Shown here piece by piece: positions 27,903 to 37,303 of a stretch of 64,000 nucleotides of DNA. How positions within the stretch are numbered: the first letter of the stretch is position 1; the number at the start of each line of letters is the position of its first letter. Location of the stretch: assembly GCA_021811315.1 (NCBI GenBank), contig JAJZPF010000002.1:95958-159957 (forward strand). The letters run 5' to 3'. The DNA is from a bacterium. Lineage in GTDB: Bacteria; Elusimicrobiota; Elusimicrobia; Elusimicrobiales; UBA9959. The position numbers and the translations under genes are program-made. The notes beneath the pieces are model-generated. The model was not told the DNA's origin, did no database searches, and saw nothing but the letters and a program-made list of their open reading frames with translations.

Positions 27903-27989
27903 GTCGAGAGTCGTGGGTCAGGAGTCGGGAGTCCCGGGAGTTAAAATTCCCTGCCCCTGACTCTCGACCCTCGACTCCCGACTCTCGAC
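27903..27989. repeat. Long imperfect hairpin built from GAGTCG-like short repeats in the gcvH-gcvPA spacer
   Basis: Left arm GTCGAGAGTCGTGGGTCAGGAGTCGGGAGTCCCGGGAG (27903-27940). Right arm CTGCCCCTGACTCTCGACCCTCGACTCCCGACTCTCGAC (27951-27989). About 27 of 38 positions are complementary, including the outer 11 bp. The loop is AT-rich. Confidence 0.7.
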
Positions 27990-28010
27990 TCTTCTTCTTC
28001 AGGAGCCCCC

Positions 28011-29342
28011 ATGTATATCCCGCATACGAAAAAAGATAAAGAGGAGATGCTTAAAGCGATAGGCGCCTCCTCGTTCGAGGACCTCGTAAAACAGGTCCCC
28101 TCTAAATTTCTCTGGCCTAAATTGAACCTGCCGGGCGAAAGCCTGGACGAGTCCCAGGCCGCCGCGCTGCTCTCCGGCCTCGCCGGGAAGAATTGCCGCC
28201 CGCTGAACTTCCTCGGCGCCGGCGCCTACGAGCGCTACACCCCGGCCGCGGTCAAGGCTATCACCTCCCGCACCGAATTCCTCACCGCCTACACGCCCTA
28301 CCAGCCCGAGGCCAGCCAGGGCACGCTGCAGGCCATCTACGAATTCCAGAGCACGGTCTCCGCGCTCTACGGCATGGACTGCGCCAACGCCTCCATGTAC
28401 GACGGGGCCAGCTCCTTCGCCGAGGCGGTCCGCGCCGCCGTGCGCGTCACCGGCCGGAAGAAGATCGTCTACGCCGCCGGCGTGAACCCGCAGTACATGG
28501 ACACGCTGAAGACCTATTTCGCGCACTCCCCGGAATACTCCTACGTCAAGGTTCCCATGAAAGACGGCGCTATGGACAAAGCCGCCCTGCCCGCCCTGCT
28601 CGAAGGCGCGGCCTGCCTGGCCGTACAGACGCCCAACTTCCTCGGGCTCATAGAAGACATGTCAGGCGTAGCGGAAACCGCGAAGAAAGCCGGAGCGCTG
28701 CTGGTGGCCGCCGCCGACCCGGTAAGCCTCGGCATCCTGGCGACCCCCGGCGAGTACGGGGCCGATTTCGCCGTCGGCGAGGGCCAGAGCCTCGGCCTGC
28801 CGCTCGCTTACGGCGGGCCCTACCTGGGCCTGTTCTCCTGCAAAAAAGAGCACGTGCGCCAGATGCCCGGCCGCATCTGCGGCCTTACCAAGGACAAGGA
28901 CGGAAAGCGCGGCTTCGTGCTGACGCTGCAGGCCCGCGAGCAGCATATACGCCGGGACAAAGCCGCCTCCAACATCTGTTCCAACGAGGCGCTCTGCGCC
29001 CTGGCCGCCACCGTCTATTCGGCGCTCTACGGCCCCGAAGGCCTGAAAGAACTCGCCGAGGCCAACTCCGGCGCGGCCGCGTTCGCCGCCGAGCGCCTCG
29101 CCGGGATAAAGGGCGTCTCTCTCAAGTTCAAAGGCCCTTTCTTCAACGAGTTCGTCGTCTCGGTACCCGGCAGCGCCGCCAAGCTGCGCGAAAAGGTCCT
29201 CGCCGCCCGCGGCGTCGACATAGGCCTGCCGCTGGCCCCGCTCTACCCGGAGCTCGGTGAAACCCTGCTGGTCTGCGCCACCGAGACCAAGACCGAAGCC
29301 GATATCCTGAAACTGGAAGCCGCCATAAAGGAGGCCCTATGA
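28011..29342 (+). CDS. gcvPA: Glycine dehydrogenase (decarboxylating) subunit 1
   Basis: 443 aa; FLGAGAYE, TAYTPYQPEASQGTLQ motifs; followed by subunit 2 with a 4-nt overlap. Confidence 0.92.
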   Translation: MYIPHTKKDKEEMLKAIGASSFEDLVKQVPSKFLWPKLNLPGESLDESQAAALLSGLAGKNCRPLNFLGAGAYERYTPAAVKAITSRTEFLTAYTPYQPEASQGTLQAIYEFQSTVSALYGMDCANASMYDGASSFAEAVRAAVRVTGRKKIVYAAGVNPQYMDTLKTYFAHSPEYSYVKVPMKDGAMDKAALPALLEGAACLAVQTPNFLGLIEDMSGVAETAKKAGALLVAAADPVSLGILATPGEYGADFAVGEGQSLGLPLAYGGPYLGLFSCKKEHVRQMPGRICGLTKDKDGKRGFVLTLQAREQHIRRDKAASNICSNEALCALAATVYSALYGPEGLKELAEANSGAAAFAAERLAGIKGVSLKFKGPFFNEFVVSVPGSAAKLREKVLAARGVDIGLPLAPLYPELGETLLVCATETKTEADILKLEAAIKEAL

Positions 29343-30784
29343 TCTGCTCCGTCACCGACAACAGCCTCAGCATAGAGAAATCCGACGCCGGGCGCCGCGG
29401 CCTGTGCTGCAAGAACCCGCTGCGCGCCAAAGCGAATGTTCCGGCCAACCTGCGCCGCAAGTCCCCCCTGCGCCTGCCGGAGCTCTCCGAGTTCGACGTA
29501 GTGCGCCATTATACGCGCCTGTCCCGGCTTAACTTCTCGGTGGACACCCATTTCTACCCGCTGGGCTCCTGCACGATGAAGTACAACCCGCGCTTCAACG
29601 AGGAAGCCGCGGCGCTCGAGGGCTTCGCGGCCCTGCACCCGCTCGCGCACGACACCTGCGCGCAGGGCACGCTGGAACTGCTCCACGACCTGTCCGCCCG
29701 GCTGACCGAACTGTGCGGCCTGGACGCGATCACGCTGCAGCCCGCCGCCGGAGCGCACAGCGAGTTCACCGGCCTGCTGCTGGCCAAGGCCTACTTCGAG
29801 GCCAAAGGCGAGAACCGCACCGAGATCGTCTGCCCCGACTCCGCGCACGGAACCAATCCCGCCACCGCGTCGATGATGGGCTTTACCACCGTCAACCTGG
29901 CCTCCAAGCCGGACGGCCGCCTTGACGTAGAAGAGCTGAAGAAGCATATCGGCCCGAAGACGGCCGTGCTGATGCTGACCATGCCCAATACGCTCGGGAT
30001 CTTCGAAAGCAACATCGAGGCCATCGCCAAGGCCGTGCACGACGCGGGCGCCCTGTTCTACATGGACGGCGCCAACCTCAACGCCCTGATCGGCATGGTG
30101 AAACCCGGCGACTTCGGCGTGGACCTGATGCACCTGAACTTCCACAAGACCTTCTCCACCCCGCACGGCGGCGGCGGCCCCGGCGCCGGCGCGATAGTCT
30201 GCAGCAAGGCCCTCGCCCCGTTCCTGCCCGTCCCGACGGTGAAAAAGTCAGGAAGCGGCTACGTCTCCGACTTCGGCGACGGCCGCAGCATCGGGAAAGT
30301 GAAGGCCTTCTTCGGCAATACCGGCATCCTGGTGCGCGCTTACGCCTACATGCTGGCGCATTCGGCGGCGGAGTTCGGCGACATCGCCCGCTGCGCCATA
30401 ATCAACGCGAACTACGTGCGCTCCCTGCTGATGGACATCTACCCGTCGTACTCCAAGGAATACTGCATGCACGAATGCGTCCTGACCCCCGGCGCGGACA
30501 TGACGGCCAAAGGCCTGAAAACGCTGGACGTGGCCAAAGGCCTGCTCGACCGCGGCTTCCACGCCCCGACCATCTACTTCCCGACCATCGTCCACGAGGC
30601 GATAATGATCGAGCCGACCGAAACAGAGTCCAAAGAGACGCTGGACGAATTCGTAGCAGCCATGAGGGACATACACGACGCCGGCATAGCGGACCCCCAG
30701 AAACTCAAGGACGCCCCGCACACCATGCCGGTGAAACGCCTGGATGAAGTACAGGCCGCAAGGCAGCCGAATTTACACTGGTAG
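29339..30784 (+). CDS. gcvPB: Glycine dehydrogenase (decarboxylating) subunit 2
   Basis: 481 aa; HLNFHKTFSTPHGGGGPG (PLP-lysine region) typical of GcvPB. Confidence 0.92.
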   Translation: MICSVTDNSLSIEKSDAGRRGLCCKNPLRAKANVPANLRRKSPLRLPELSEFDVVRHYTRLSRLNFSVDTHFYPLGSCTMKYNPRFNEEAAALEGFAALHPLAHDTCAQGTLELLHDLSARLTELCGLDAITLQPAAGAHSEFTGLLLAKAYFEAKGENRTEIVCPDSAHGTNPATASMMGFTTVNLASKPDGRLDVEELKKHIGPKTAVLMLTMPNTLGIFESNIEAIAKAVHDAGALFYMDGANLNALIGMVKPGDFGVDLMHLNFHKTFSTPHGGGGPGAGAIVCSKALAPFLPVPTVKKSGSGYVSDFGDGRSIGKVKAFFGNTGILVRAYAYMLAHSAAEFGDIARCAIINANYVRSLLMDIYPSYSKEYCMHECVLTPGADMTAKGLKTLDVAKGLLDRGFHAPTIYFPTIVHEAIMIEPTETESKETLDEFVAAMRDIHDAGIADPQKLKDAPHTMPVKRLDEVQAARQPNLHW

Positions 30785-30796
30785 CTGACGGGCGCC

Positions 30797-31063
30797 GCAT
30801 GGGCCGGAACGCAAAACGCGTTCGGGCACACCGTGCCCTCACTCCGTGTTCGCCCGCCGGGCTATGCAACCGGCGGGCTCTCCGAGGGTTTTGCTAACCC
30901 GGCCCATGCGTCACCCTGATTTAGCTGGTAAGTACAAGTAGACTTGCCGGTTGACGAGGTGACAGGGTTAGCAAAACCCTCTCGGAAGGCGAGGCTTGCG
31001 TAAGCGCCGAGCCTGAGAGCGGGAGTGCCGAGCACGGTGTGCGAGAGCACGTTTTTGCGTTCC
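30797..31063. repeat. Intergenic structured repeat, copy A: two inverted units forming a roughly 260-bp imperfect palindrome
   Basis: Outer arms 30806-30846 and 31020-31063 are imperfect reverse complements. Exact 15-mer inverted repeat GGGTTTTGCTAACCC (30886-30900) / GGGTTAGCAAAACCC (30965-30979). Internal hairpins GGGCACACCGTGCCC (30824-30838) and GCCCGCCGG-9nt-CCGGCGGGC (30852-30878). The left unit is itself bracketed by GCATGGGCCGG (30797-30807) / CCGGCCCATGC (30899-30909). Confidence 0.8.
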
Positions 31064-31102
31064 TGTCACCTTGGCAACCGGCTCACTAGTCGCGACCGAA
31101 TC

Positions 31103-31804
31103 ATGAAAAAAGCTCTTATTATCGAAACCCCCCCTCTTGACGTGTACGGGCAGATGGCGGCGGACGAGGCGCTTTGCGAGACCATGCCGGCGCCTTTTTT
31201 GCTGCGATTTTATAACTGGAAAGAGCCGGGCGTGACTTTCGGCTATTCGCAGCGGCGCAAAGCGGTGGCCGAGGCCATGGCGGCGGCGGGCTGCGCGATA
31301 AAAGCGGTTACAAGACGGCCCACGGGCGGCGGGATAGTCTTCCACGAGACCGACCTCACCTTTTCCTTCATCTTCCCCTCCCCCGGCGCCTATTTCGAGC
31401 CCGGCAAGACCTATGACCGCCTGCACCGCGCCATAACAGCGGAATATTCCCGGCAGGGGATAGGCTTCGACCTCCTGAGCGAAAAGACCAAGGACTATGC
31501 GGTGAACGACCCGGTCATGAGCTGCTTCGCCAAACCGGTCAACATGGATATATTGTATAATGGAAAAAAAGTACTTGGAGGGGCCCTCCGCAAGTTCGGA
31601 GGACATATGCTCTACCAGGCCTCCTTCCAGGCCCCGGACGCGCGCAGCAATTCCGCCCTGCACAGGAACGCGGTAATTAAAGCTTTAGGCGGAGAATTCG
31701 GGCTGGAGTGGGAAGCCGCCGGGATACAGGAAGAGGCCCGCTCGAAAGCCGTAACGATAGCGGAAACCAAGTACCGCACCCCGGAGTGGAACGAAAGAAT
31801 ATAG
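31103..31804 (+). CDS. Lipoate-protein ligase/octanoyltransferase family protein (BPL/LPL catalytic domain)
   Basis: 233 aa from ATG 31103 (MKKALIIETPP...). RPTGGGIVFHE and GKKVLGGALRKF motifs of the LplA/LipM family. The track ORF start (GTG 31025) lies inside the repeat element. Confidence 0.75.
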   Translation: MKKALIIETPPLDVYGQMAADEALCETMPAPFLLRFYNWKEPGVTFGYSQRRKAVAEAMAAAGCAIKAVTRRPTGGGIVFHETDLTFSFIFPSPGAYFEPGKTYDRLHRAITAEYSRQGIGFDLLSEKTKDYAVNDPVMSCFAKPVNMDILYNGKKVLGGALRKFGGHMLYQASFQAPDARSNSALHRNAVIKALGGEFGLEWEAAGIQEEARSKAVTIAETKYRTPEWNERI

Positions 31805-31819
31805 CTTACTGGAGGAAAC

Positions 31820-32050
31820 ATGATAGCTTTTGTGCTTTGCAAACTCGTGGCCGGCCTTGAACAGAAAGCCGTGCAGCAGATAAAGAACATCCGCGGCGTC
31901 AAAGACGTCTATATGACCTTCGGCGGCTGGGACGCCATCCTGGTGACCGAATCCGACACCATCGACAAACTGAGCGGCCTGATAGTGCGCGAAGTGCGCG
32001 GCATCCACGGGGTGCAGACCACCGAAACGCTGGTCACCACCAACATATAA
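31820..32050 (+). CDS. Stand-alone Lrp/AsnC-type ligand-binding (RAM-like) domain protein
   Basis: 76 aa. The pattern MIAFVLCKL...IKNIRGVKDVYMTFGGWDAILVTE...IHGVQTTETLV matches AsnC-type C-terminal domains. Confidence 0.6.
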   Translation: MIAFVLCKLVAGLEQKAVQQIKNIRGVKDVYMTFGGWDAILVTESDTIDKLSGLIVREVRGIHGVQTTETLVTTNI

Positions 32051-32077
32051 GCTCCGACGGGTATCAAAGGTAAATAA

Positions 32078-32506
32078 ATGGAAAACACTTCCGTATTCGG
32101 CAAGCCCGCCGACAAGCTGATCCTGATCGTCGACGACGACGATTCGGTAAGGGAACTCATCGAGTTCATAGTCAAGAAAGAAGGCTTCCGGATCGAGAAA
32201 GCTTCCGACGGAGAAGAGGCGCTGAGCAAGGCCCGCACCACCAACCCGGACCTGATACTCCTGGACCTGATGCTGCCCAAGTTCGGCGGCTTCGAGATAC
32301 TGCGCGAGCTCCAGAGCGACGAGACGGGCACCATCCCGATAGTCATAATTACCGGGCGCTATACCGACCGCTCGACCTCCGACATGATAAAGCAGGAGCC
32401 CAACGTGCGGGATTTCATAGAGAAGCCCGTCAAGCCGCAGATCCTGACGTCCCTGATCCACAAACTCCTTAAAACCCAGCCCGTGCTGAGGAAGATGGGG
32501 AACTGA
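32078..32506 (+). CDS. Single-domain response regulator (receiver)
   Basis: LILIVDDDDSVRELI ... DLILLDLMLPKFGGFEIL ... IPIVIITG ... EKPV: canonical CheY-like motifs. Confidence 0.85.
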   Translation: MENTSVFGKPADKLILIVDDDDSVRELIEFIVKKEGFRIEKASDGEEALSKARTTNPDLILLDLMLPKFGGFEILRELQSDETGTIPIVIITGRYTDRSTSDMIKQEPNVRDFIEKPVKPQILTSLIHKLLKTQPVLRKMGN

Positions 32507-32509
32507 AGC

Positions 32510-32956
32510 ATGCCCCTGAAGCGCCCGAAGGCCTGGATCGCCATAGCGGTCCCGGCCTTTTTTCTGCTCGCCGCGGGGGACCTGGCGCTGCGCTCGCGCG
32601 GCGCGCTGCTCAGGGCGGAGCAGGAAGAGTCCTGGCGCGACAACCCCGGCGCTAAAAAAGCGTATTTCGAGAACCTTTACTCGGGAAAAAACGCGTCCGG
32701 CGGGGACGCCGCGGCGGAGTCCCCCGAAGCCGCGGCCCGGGCGGCGAACCTGAAGGCCGCGGAGCTGGAATTCCGCGTCTCCGAAAGCTCCGCGAAAATG
32801 GCCTATGTCTGGTACAAGACCGCCGCGCAGGATTTCTACCTGCCGTTCAACCCCTGGGCCGACAAGGCCCGGGCCCGGCTTCCCGCCGCGCTGGCCGCCT
32901 GGCGCGCCGAACTCGAAGCCAAAGGCGTTAAAGTCGAAGAGTGGATGATAAAGTAG
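32510..32956 (+). CDS. Hypothetical membrane-anchored protein (148 aa)
   Basis: N-terminal hydrophobic segment followed by an Ala-rich soluble part. No family recognised. Confidence 0.4.
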   Translation: MPLKRPKAWIAIAVPAFFLLAAGDLALRSRGALLRAEQEESWRDNPGAKKAYFENLYSGKNASGGDAAAESPEAAARAANLKAAELEFRVSESSAKMAYVWYKTAAQDFYLPFNPWADKARARLPAALAAWRAELEAKGVKVEEWMIK

Positions 32957-32979
32957 GCCGGCGGCCCTGAGCCAGCGTA

Positions 32980-33675
32980 ATGCGAGCGATAAAACCCCTC
33001 ATAGGAATAGCACTTGCGCCGGCCGCGCTGGCCGCGGCCTGGGCTACGGCCGCTATCCTGGCCCCCGCCCTGGGAAAATTCAGCGTCACCCTGCCCCTGC
33101 TCTGCGGAGCGCTGGCCTGCCTGCTGTTCCACTGGGGCGGCCGCGGAAAGGGCCTGTACGTAACGGCCCACGAACTTACCCACGCGCTGGCCGCGGTGTT
33201 CAGCGGCGTGCGGGTGCGGAAGATCTCGGTAAAGAAGCACAGCGGCTACGTGCTGCTCGATTCGACGAACGCCTTCATCTCGCTGGCCCCCTATGTCATT
33301 CCCCTCTATACCCTCGCCGTCGCGGCGGCCTATTGGCTGGCCGGGCGCTTCTGGAACGCCGCCCCGCTGAGGCCCTGGTTCCTCGCCGCGGCCGGCTTCA
33401 CGCTGGCCTTCCACCTGCTGCACACGGCGGACATCCTCTCCGGCCCGGTACAGAGCGACCTGAAGAAGGCCGGCGGCCCGGTGTTCTCTATCCCGCTTCT
33501 CCTGCTGCTCAACTGCCTCGCGCTGGCCGCGGCGATAAAAATGCTTTTTCCCGGGCTCCTGAGCATGCGGGCTTACTCGGCGCGCGTCCTGGAGGCGCAG
33601 GGCGAAGCCTACCGGGGGCTCCTCTCCGCCGCCGCATACGTCTTCAATACTGCTAAAATATACTTTACCCGATGA
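32980..33675 (+). CDS. Polytopic membrane protein with HExxH motif (putative membrane metalloprotease-like, DUF3267/M50-like)
   Basis: 231 aa with HELTHALAA after the second hydrophobic segment and several TM helices. Assignment is tentative. Confidence 0.45.
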   Translation: MRAIKPLIGIALAPAALAAAWATAAILAPALGKFSVTLPLLCGALACLLFHWGGRGKGLYVTAHELTHALAAVFSGVRVRKISVKKHSGYVLLDSTNAFISLAPYVIPLYTLAVAAAYWLAGRFWNAAPLRPWFLAAAGFTLAFHLLHTADILSGPVQSDLKKAGGPVFSIPLLLLLNCLALAAAIKMLFPGLLSMRAYSARVLEAQGEAYRGLLSAAAYVFNTAKIYFTR

Positions 33676-35855
33676 ATCTTTTCAGGCAGATACTGGTCAG
33701 GATAATTTTCCTGCCGCTTATACTGGCGGCCGGCATAGCGGTCGCGGCCCTGTTCACGCTCAGGATAATGTTCACGCCCGAAGACCTGGAGTCCATCGTC
33801 ACCAACCAGCTCCAGGAAACGCTGAAGCGCCCCGTACATATAGAGTGGGCCAGGCTTTCCGCCACGGGCGAGATAAAGATAAAGGGCCTGCAGGTCACGG
33901 AGCCGGGCCCGGAAACCGTGGATTTCATCAGGGCGGAATACATCTACGCCACCTACCGCATCATGCCCCTGCTGAAGCATAAGCTGGTGATAGACAGCGT
34001 GATGCTGATCTCTCCCAGGATAGAGCTGATCAAGCGCGCCGACGAGAGCTGGAACATCGGGGACATCTTCGCGTCCTACCGCAAGAGCCCGGGGAAGAAC
34101 TTCCTGGACGAGGTGGCCAGGACCGAGATCAAGGACGGGGAAGTCTCGGTGCGGTATATAAGGTCCGGCGCCCGCCATACCTTCTCAAATCTGGACCTGG
34201 TCCTTACGGACTTCAAGCCCGGGGCGGACACGCCTTTCAGCGCCTCCCTCTCCCTTAAGAGCACGGCTTTCAGGAAGCCCGTGCGCGGGAGGCTCTATGC
34301 CGAAGGCACTATAAATTTCGCGGCGTTCAAATGGGACGAAGCCGCGGTGAAGGACCTCCGGGCGGACCTGACCCTGATGGACAAGACCGTCAGGTTCACC
34401 GGCGGCATCACTAATTTCCGCCGCCCGGAAATCGCCCTCAAGGCGGAAACGCCGTCCTTCAGGAACACCGACGTCGCCTATCTTTTCAATTCGCCGGCGG
34501 CTTTTACCGCGCCGCGCTCCTCCTGGGATATTTCCGCCGTCATTACTTCCTCGAGGACGGCGGAACTGCGCCTGCTGACCAGGCCGCTGAACGTAAAGGC
34601 GGAAGGCTCGTTCGACTTCTCCAGGTCTACTCTTGCCTACGCCTTTACGATCTCCGCCCCCCCGTTCGATCTCGGGCAGTTGAAGCGCTACGGGACCTCG
34701 CTCCCCATAGACGCGCCGGCGGGCAGCGCCCAGCTCCGCCTCAAGCTGGCGTCCAGGAACGGCAAGCCCTCGCTGACCAGGGTTTTCGCGAGCGCCTCCG
34801 GCGCCGGTTTCAAGTACAGGAAGCTGAGCGCCGCCGGGCTGAACCTGTCCGCCCTGATGTCGGATAATTTCGCGAAGAACACCATCAACTCCTCCGGGGG
34901 GAAGCTGACCCTGGGCGGCGGCAGCCTGAGCGGGCTGAAGCTCGATACCGAGATCTCGAAAGACGAGCTGATGTTCAGGTACTCGGGCAAATTCAACAGC
35001 GGGCCCGTAAAGGGCCGCGCGATAGTGCGCCGCCCCTTCACCGCGCAAAGGACGGTGGACTTCACCGGCTATTCCGCCGACCTGCTGTTCTCCGAATTAA
35101 AGAACCTGGTCTTCGATATCAAGGAGCTGCGCGGGCCGCGCGTAGGCATGAAGGAGTCCGAGTCCGACCTGGTCTGGCTCAAGACCCTCAAGAACTCCAT
35201 TCCTATCGGCTATTCCTCCTTCAAGCTTCTATACAAGGCGGGCCATTTCAAGCACCAATACCTCGACGCGGCCGACTTCTACATAGCGGCCTCCCTTAAG
35301 AACATAGCCGGCGACATCTCCGGCATCAAGGGCGATATCTCCATCAAATCCGGCGCCGGGACCTTCTACGACGTGCAGAAGACCTCCGAGCAGGACCGCA
35401 TCTACTACATCTTCTCCATGCCGCTGATCTTCATCCAGCGCATGAACCGGCGCGGCGCGCTCAACTTCGGCTACAAGGTGGACGACATCTCCTTCAATTC
35501 CATCGGCGGCGACTATTCCCTGAACGAGGGGAAGGTGGAGATAAAGAACTTCTACATGGACGGCAAGGAGTTCTCGGCCACCGCTTCCGGCCAGCTGGAC
35601 TTTTCGAACGAAACTATGAAGGTAAAAATTTATACAATATCAGGTAAGTACGATTCGATGGGAAGCCTGCCGGAGGCCCTCACGGACGCCAGCGGCAAGC
35701 CGGCCCTGGCTTTCATCATAGAAGGCAAGATGACGAAGCCGGAGTTCACCATGATAAGCCCGAAAGAAAGCGGGGCTATCATCAAGGAAGCCGCCAAAAA
35801 GGGCGTAGCGATAGATTTGGCCAGGATAAACAAGTTCTCAGGAGGAAAGCAATAA
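33672..35855 (+). CDS. AsmA-family protein
   Basis: 727 aa. N-terminal TM anchor, long beta-rich body, C-terminal SGKYDSMGSLPEAL...LAFIIEGKMTKPEF segment typical of AsmA C-terminal regions. Confidence 0.6.
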   Translation: MNLFRQILVRIIFLPLILAAGIAVAALFTLRIMFTPEDLESIVTNQLQETLKRPVHIEWARLSATGEIKIKGLQVTEPGPETVDFIRAEYIYATYRIMPLLKHKLVIDSVMLISPRIELIKRADESWNIGDIFASYRKSPGKNFLDEVARTEIKDGEVSVRYIRSGARHTFSNLDLVLTDFKPGADTPFSASLSLKSTAFRKPVRGRLYAEGTINFAAFKWDEAAVKDLRADLTLMDKTVRFTGGITNFRRPEIALKAETPSFRNTDVAYLFNSPAAFTAPRSSWDISAVITSSRTAELRLLTRPLNVKAEGSFDFSRSTLAYAFTISAPPFDLGQLKRYGTSLPIDAPAGSAQLRLKLASRNGKPSLTRVFASASGAGFKYRKLSAAGLNLSALMSDNFAKNTINSSGGKLTLGGGSLSGLKLDTEISKDELMFRYSGKFNSGPVKGRAIVRRPFTAQRTVDFTGYSADLLFSELKNLVFDIKELRGPRVGMKESESDLVWLKTLKNSIPIGYSSFKLLYKAGHFKHQYLDAADFYIAASLKNIAGDISGIKGDISIKSGAGTFYDVQKTSEQDRIYYIFSMPLIFIQRMNRRGALNFGYKVDDISFNSIGGDYSLNEGKVEIKNFYMDGKEFSATASGQLDFSNETMKVKIYTISGKYDSMGSLPEALTDASGKPALAFIIEGKMTKPEFTMISPKESGAIIKEAAKKGVAIDLARINKFSGGKQ

Positions 35856-36448
35856 TGTCCAAACTAGGAAAATTTGACGTCGTGGGGCTGCTGCAGGAGC
35901 ACGGGGCCATACTCAACGGGCATTTCCAGATACCCTCCGGGTTCCATACCCAGACCTATATCCAGCCTTCGCTGGTGCTGCAGTACCCGCACCTGGCGCA
36001 GAAGGTGGCCAAAGAGATGGCCGCCAAGTTCCCCCAGGAAGTGAATGTGGTCATCTCCCCCTCCGTCGGTTCCATGGCCATCGGCCAGGAAGTGGCCCGC
36101 GTAAAGAAAGCCCGCTCCATCTTCACGGAAAAGATAAACGGCGTGATGGTGCTCAAGCGCGATTTCAAGATCTCCGAAGGCGAGCGCGTGCTGGTGGTGG
36201 ACGACGTCCTGAACACCGGCCGCCTCTGCAGCGAGGCCATCAACCTGGCCCGCGGCTACGGCGCCAAGGTCATAGGCATCGCGGCCATCGTGGACCGCTC
36301 CACCGGCGACCTGACGCTGAACGTGCCGGTGCGCGGCCTGATCTCCTACCCGCTCCAGCTTTTTCCCCCGGACAACTGCCCGCTCTGCAGGCAGAAGCTC
36401 CCGCTGACCATCCCCGGCTCTACCGGCCATCACCACGGCCAGGAATAG
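35855..36448 (+). CDS. Type I phosphoribosyltransferase (orotate PRTase-like)
   Basis: 197 aa; PRPP-binding loop VLVVDDVLNTGRL. ATG overlaps the preceding TAA by 1 nt. Confidence 0.7.
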   Translation: MSKLGKFDVVGLLQEHGAILNGHFQIPSGFHTQTYIQPSLVLQYPHLAQKVAKEMAAKFPQEVNVVISPSVGSMAIGQEVARVKKARSIFTEKINGVMVLKRDFKISEGERVLVVDDVLNTGRLCSEAINLARGYGAKVIGIAAIVDRSTGDLTLNVPVRGLISYPLQLFPPDNCPLCRQKLPLTIPGSTGHHHGQE

Positions 36449-36468
36449 CGCGTAAGGTCCCAAGGTTC

Positions 36469-36497
36469 GAAGGCCGGTTATCTTTTCCCCGGCCTTC
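36469..36497 (+). other. Stem-loop after the PRTase gene (9-bp stem, no T-tract)
   Basis: GAAGGCCGG (36469-36477) pairs with CCGGCCTTC (36489-36497). Confidence 0.5.
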
Positions 36498-36515
36498 TCC
36501 GCCCCTCAGTTTATT

Positions 36516-37301
36516 ATGAAAACCAAGTGCATCGCCCTGCTATCGGACTTCGGCACGTTCGACCCTTTCGTGGCCGCGATGAAAGGCGTGCTGCTGTCGA
36601 AAGCCCCCGGCCTTTCCATCATCGATATCACCCACCAGATACCGCCGCAGGATATAAAGACGGCGGCCTTCTACCTGATGGCGGCCATGCCGTATATGCC
36701 CAAGCGCACCCTGTTCCTGGCCGTGGTGGACCCGACGGTGGGCACGGGCCGCGGGATAATCTGGGCCCGCACCGAGAACTACCAGTTCATCGCCCCCGAC
36801 AACGGCCTGATCAGCTGGGTGGAGCAGAAGGAGAAGATCAAAGAAGCGCGCTTCATAAGCAACTCCTCCCTGTTCATGGAAAGCATCAGCTCCACCTTCC
36901 ACGGCCGCGACATCATGGCGCCGGTGGCCGCCGCGATAGCGAAGGGCCTGCCGGAAAAGAAGATCGGCCCGGTCTTCAGCGAGTACCGCCGCTTCCCCTT
37001 TCCCCATCCTGAAAAAGCCGGCAACAGGATAACCGGCCAGGTCATAGCCATAGACCATTTCGGCAATGTGGTCACCAACATCAAGCGCAGTTACATAAAC
37101 GCCAGGGCGGTATTCAATATCTCCGACCGCATGCTGAAAGGGATTAAGCTCACCTACGCCTCGGTCCCGGAGGGCGAAGCGATGGCCCTCATGGGGTCCT
37201 TCGGCTTCCTGGAGTTCTCCGTGCGGAACGGCAGCTTCGCCCGCGCCTTCGAAGTAAAGATCGGCTCCCCCGTGGAAGCCATAGTCTCACTGGACGAATA
37301 A
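36516..37301 (+). CDS. SAM hydrolase/SAM-dependent halogenase family protein (DUF62)
   Basis: 261 aa. IALLSDFGTFDPFVAAMKGV, LAVVDPTVGTGR, FIAPDNGL, STFHGRDIMAPVAA are signature motifs of the family. Confidence 0.85.
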   Translation: MKTKCIALLSDFGTFDPFVAAMKGVLLSKAPGLSIIDITHQIPPQDIKTAAFYLMAAMPYMPKRTLFLAVVDPTVGTGRGIIWARTENYQFIAPDNGLISWVEQKEKIKEARFISNSSLFMESISSTFHGRDIMAPVAAAIAKGLPEKKIGPVFSEYRRFPFPHPEKAGNRITGQVIAIDHFGNVVTNIKRSYINARAVFNISDRMLKGIKLTYASVPEGEAMALMGSFGFLEFSVRNGSFARAFEVKIGSPVEAIVSLDE

Positions 37302-37303
37302 TT

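Noticed and set aside
30862-31050. 62-aa minus-strand ORF inside repeat copy A. Also a 23-aa plus-strand ORF at 48828-48899 inside copy C.
   Set aside because: There is no ribosome-binding site. The reading frames are not conserved between repeat copies, and the sequence is better explained by nested inverted repeats.
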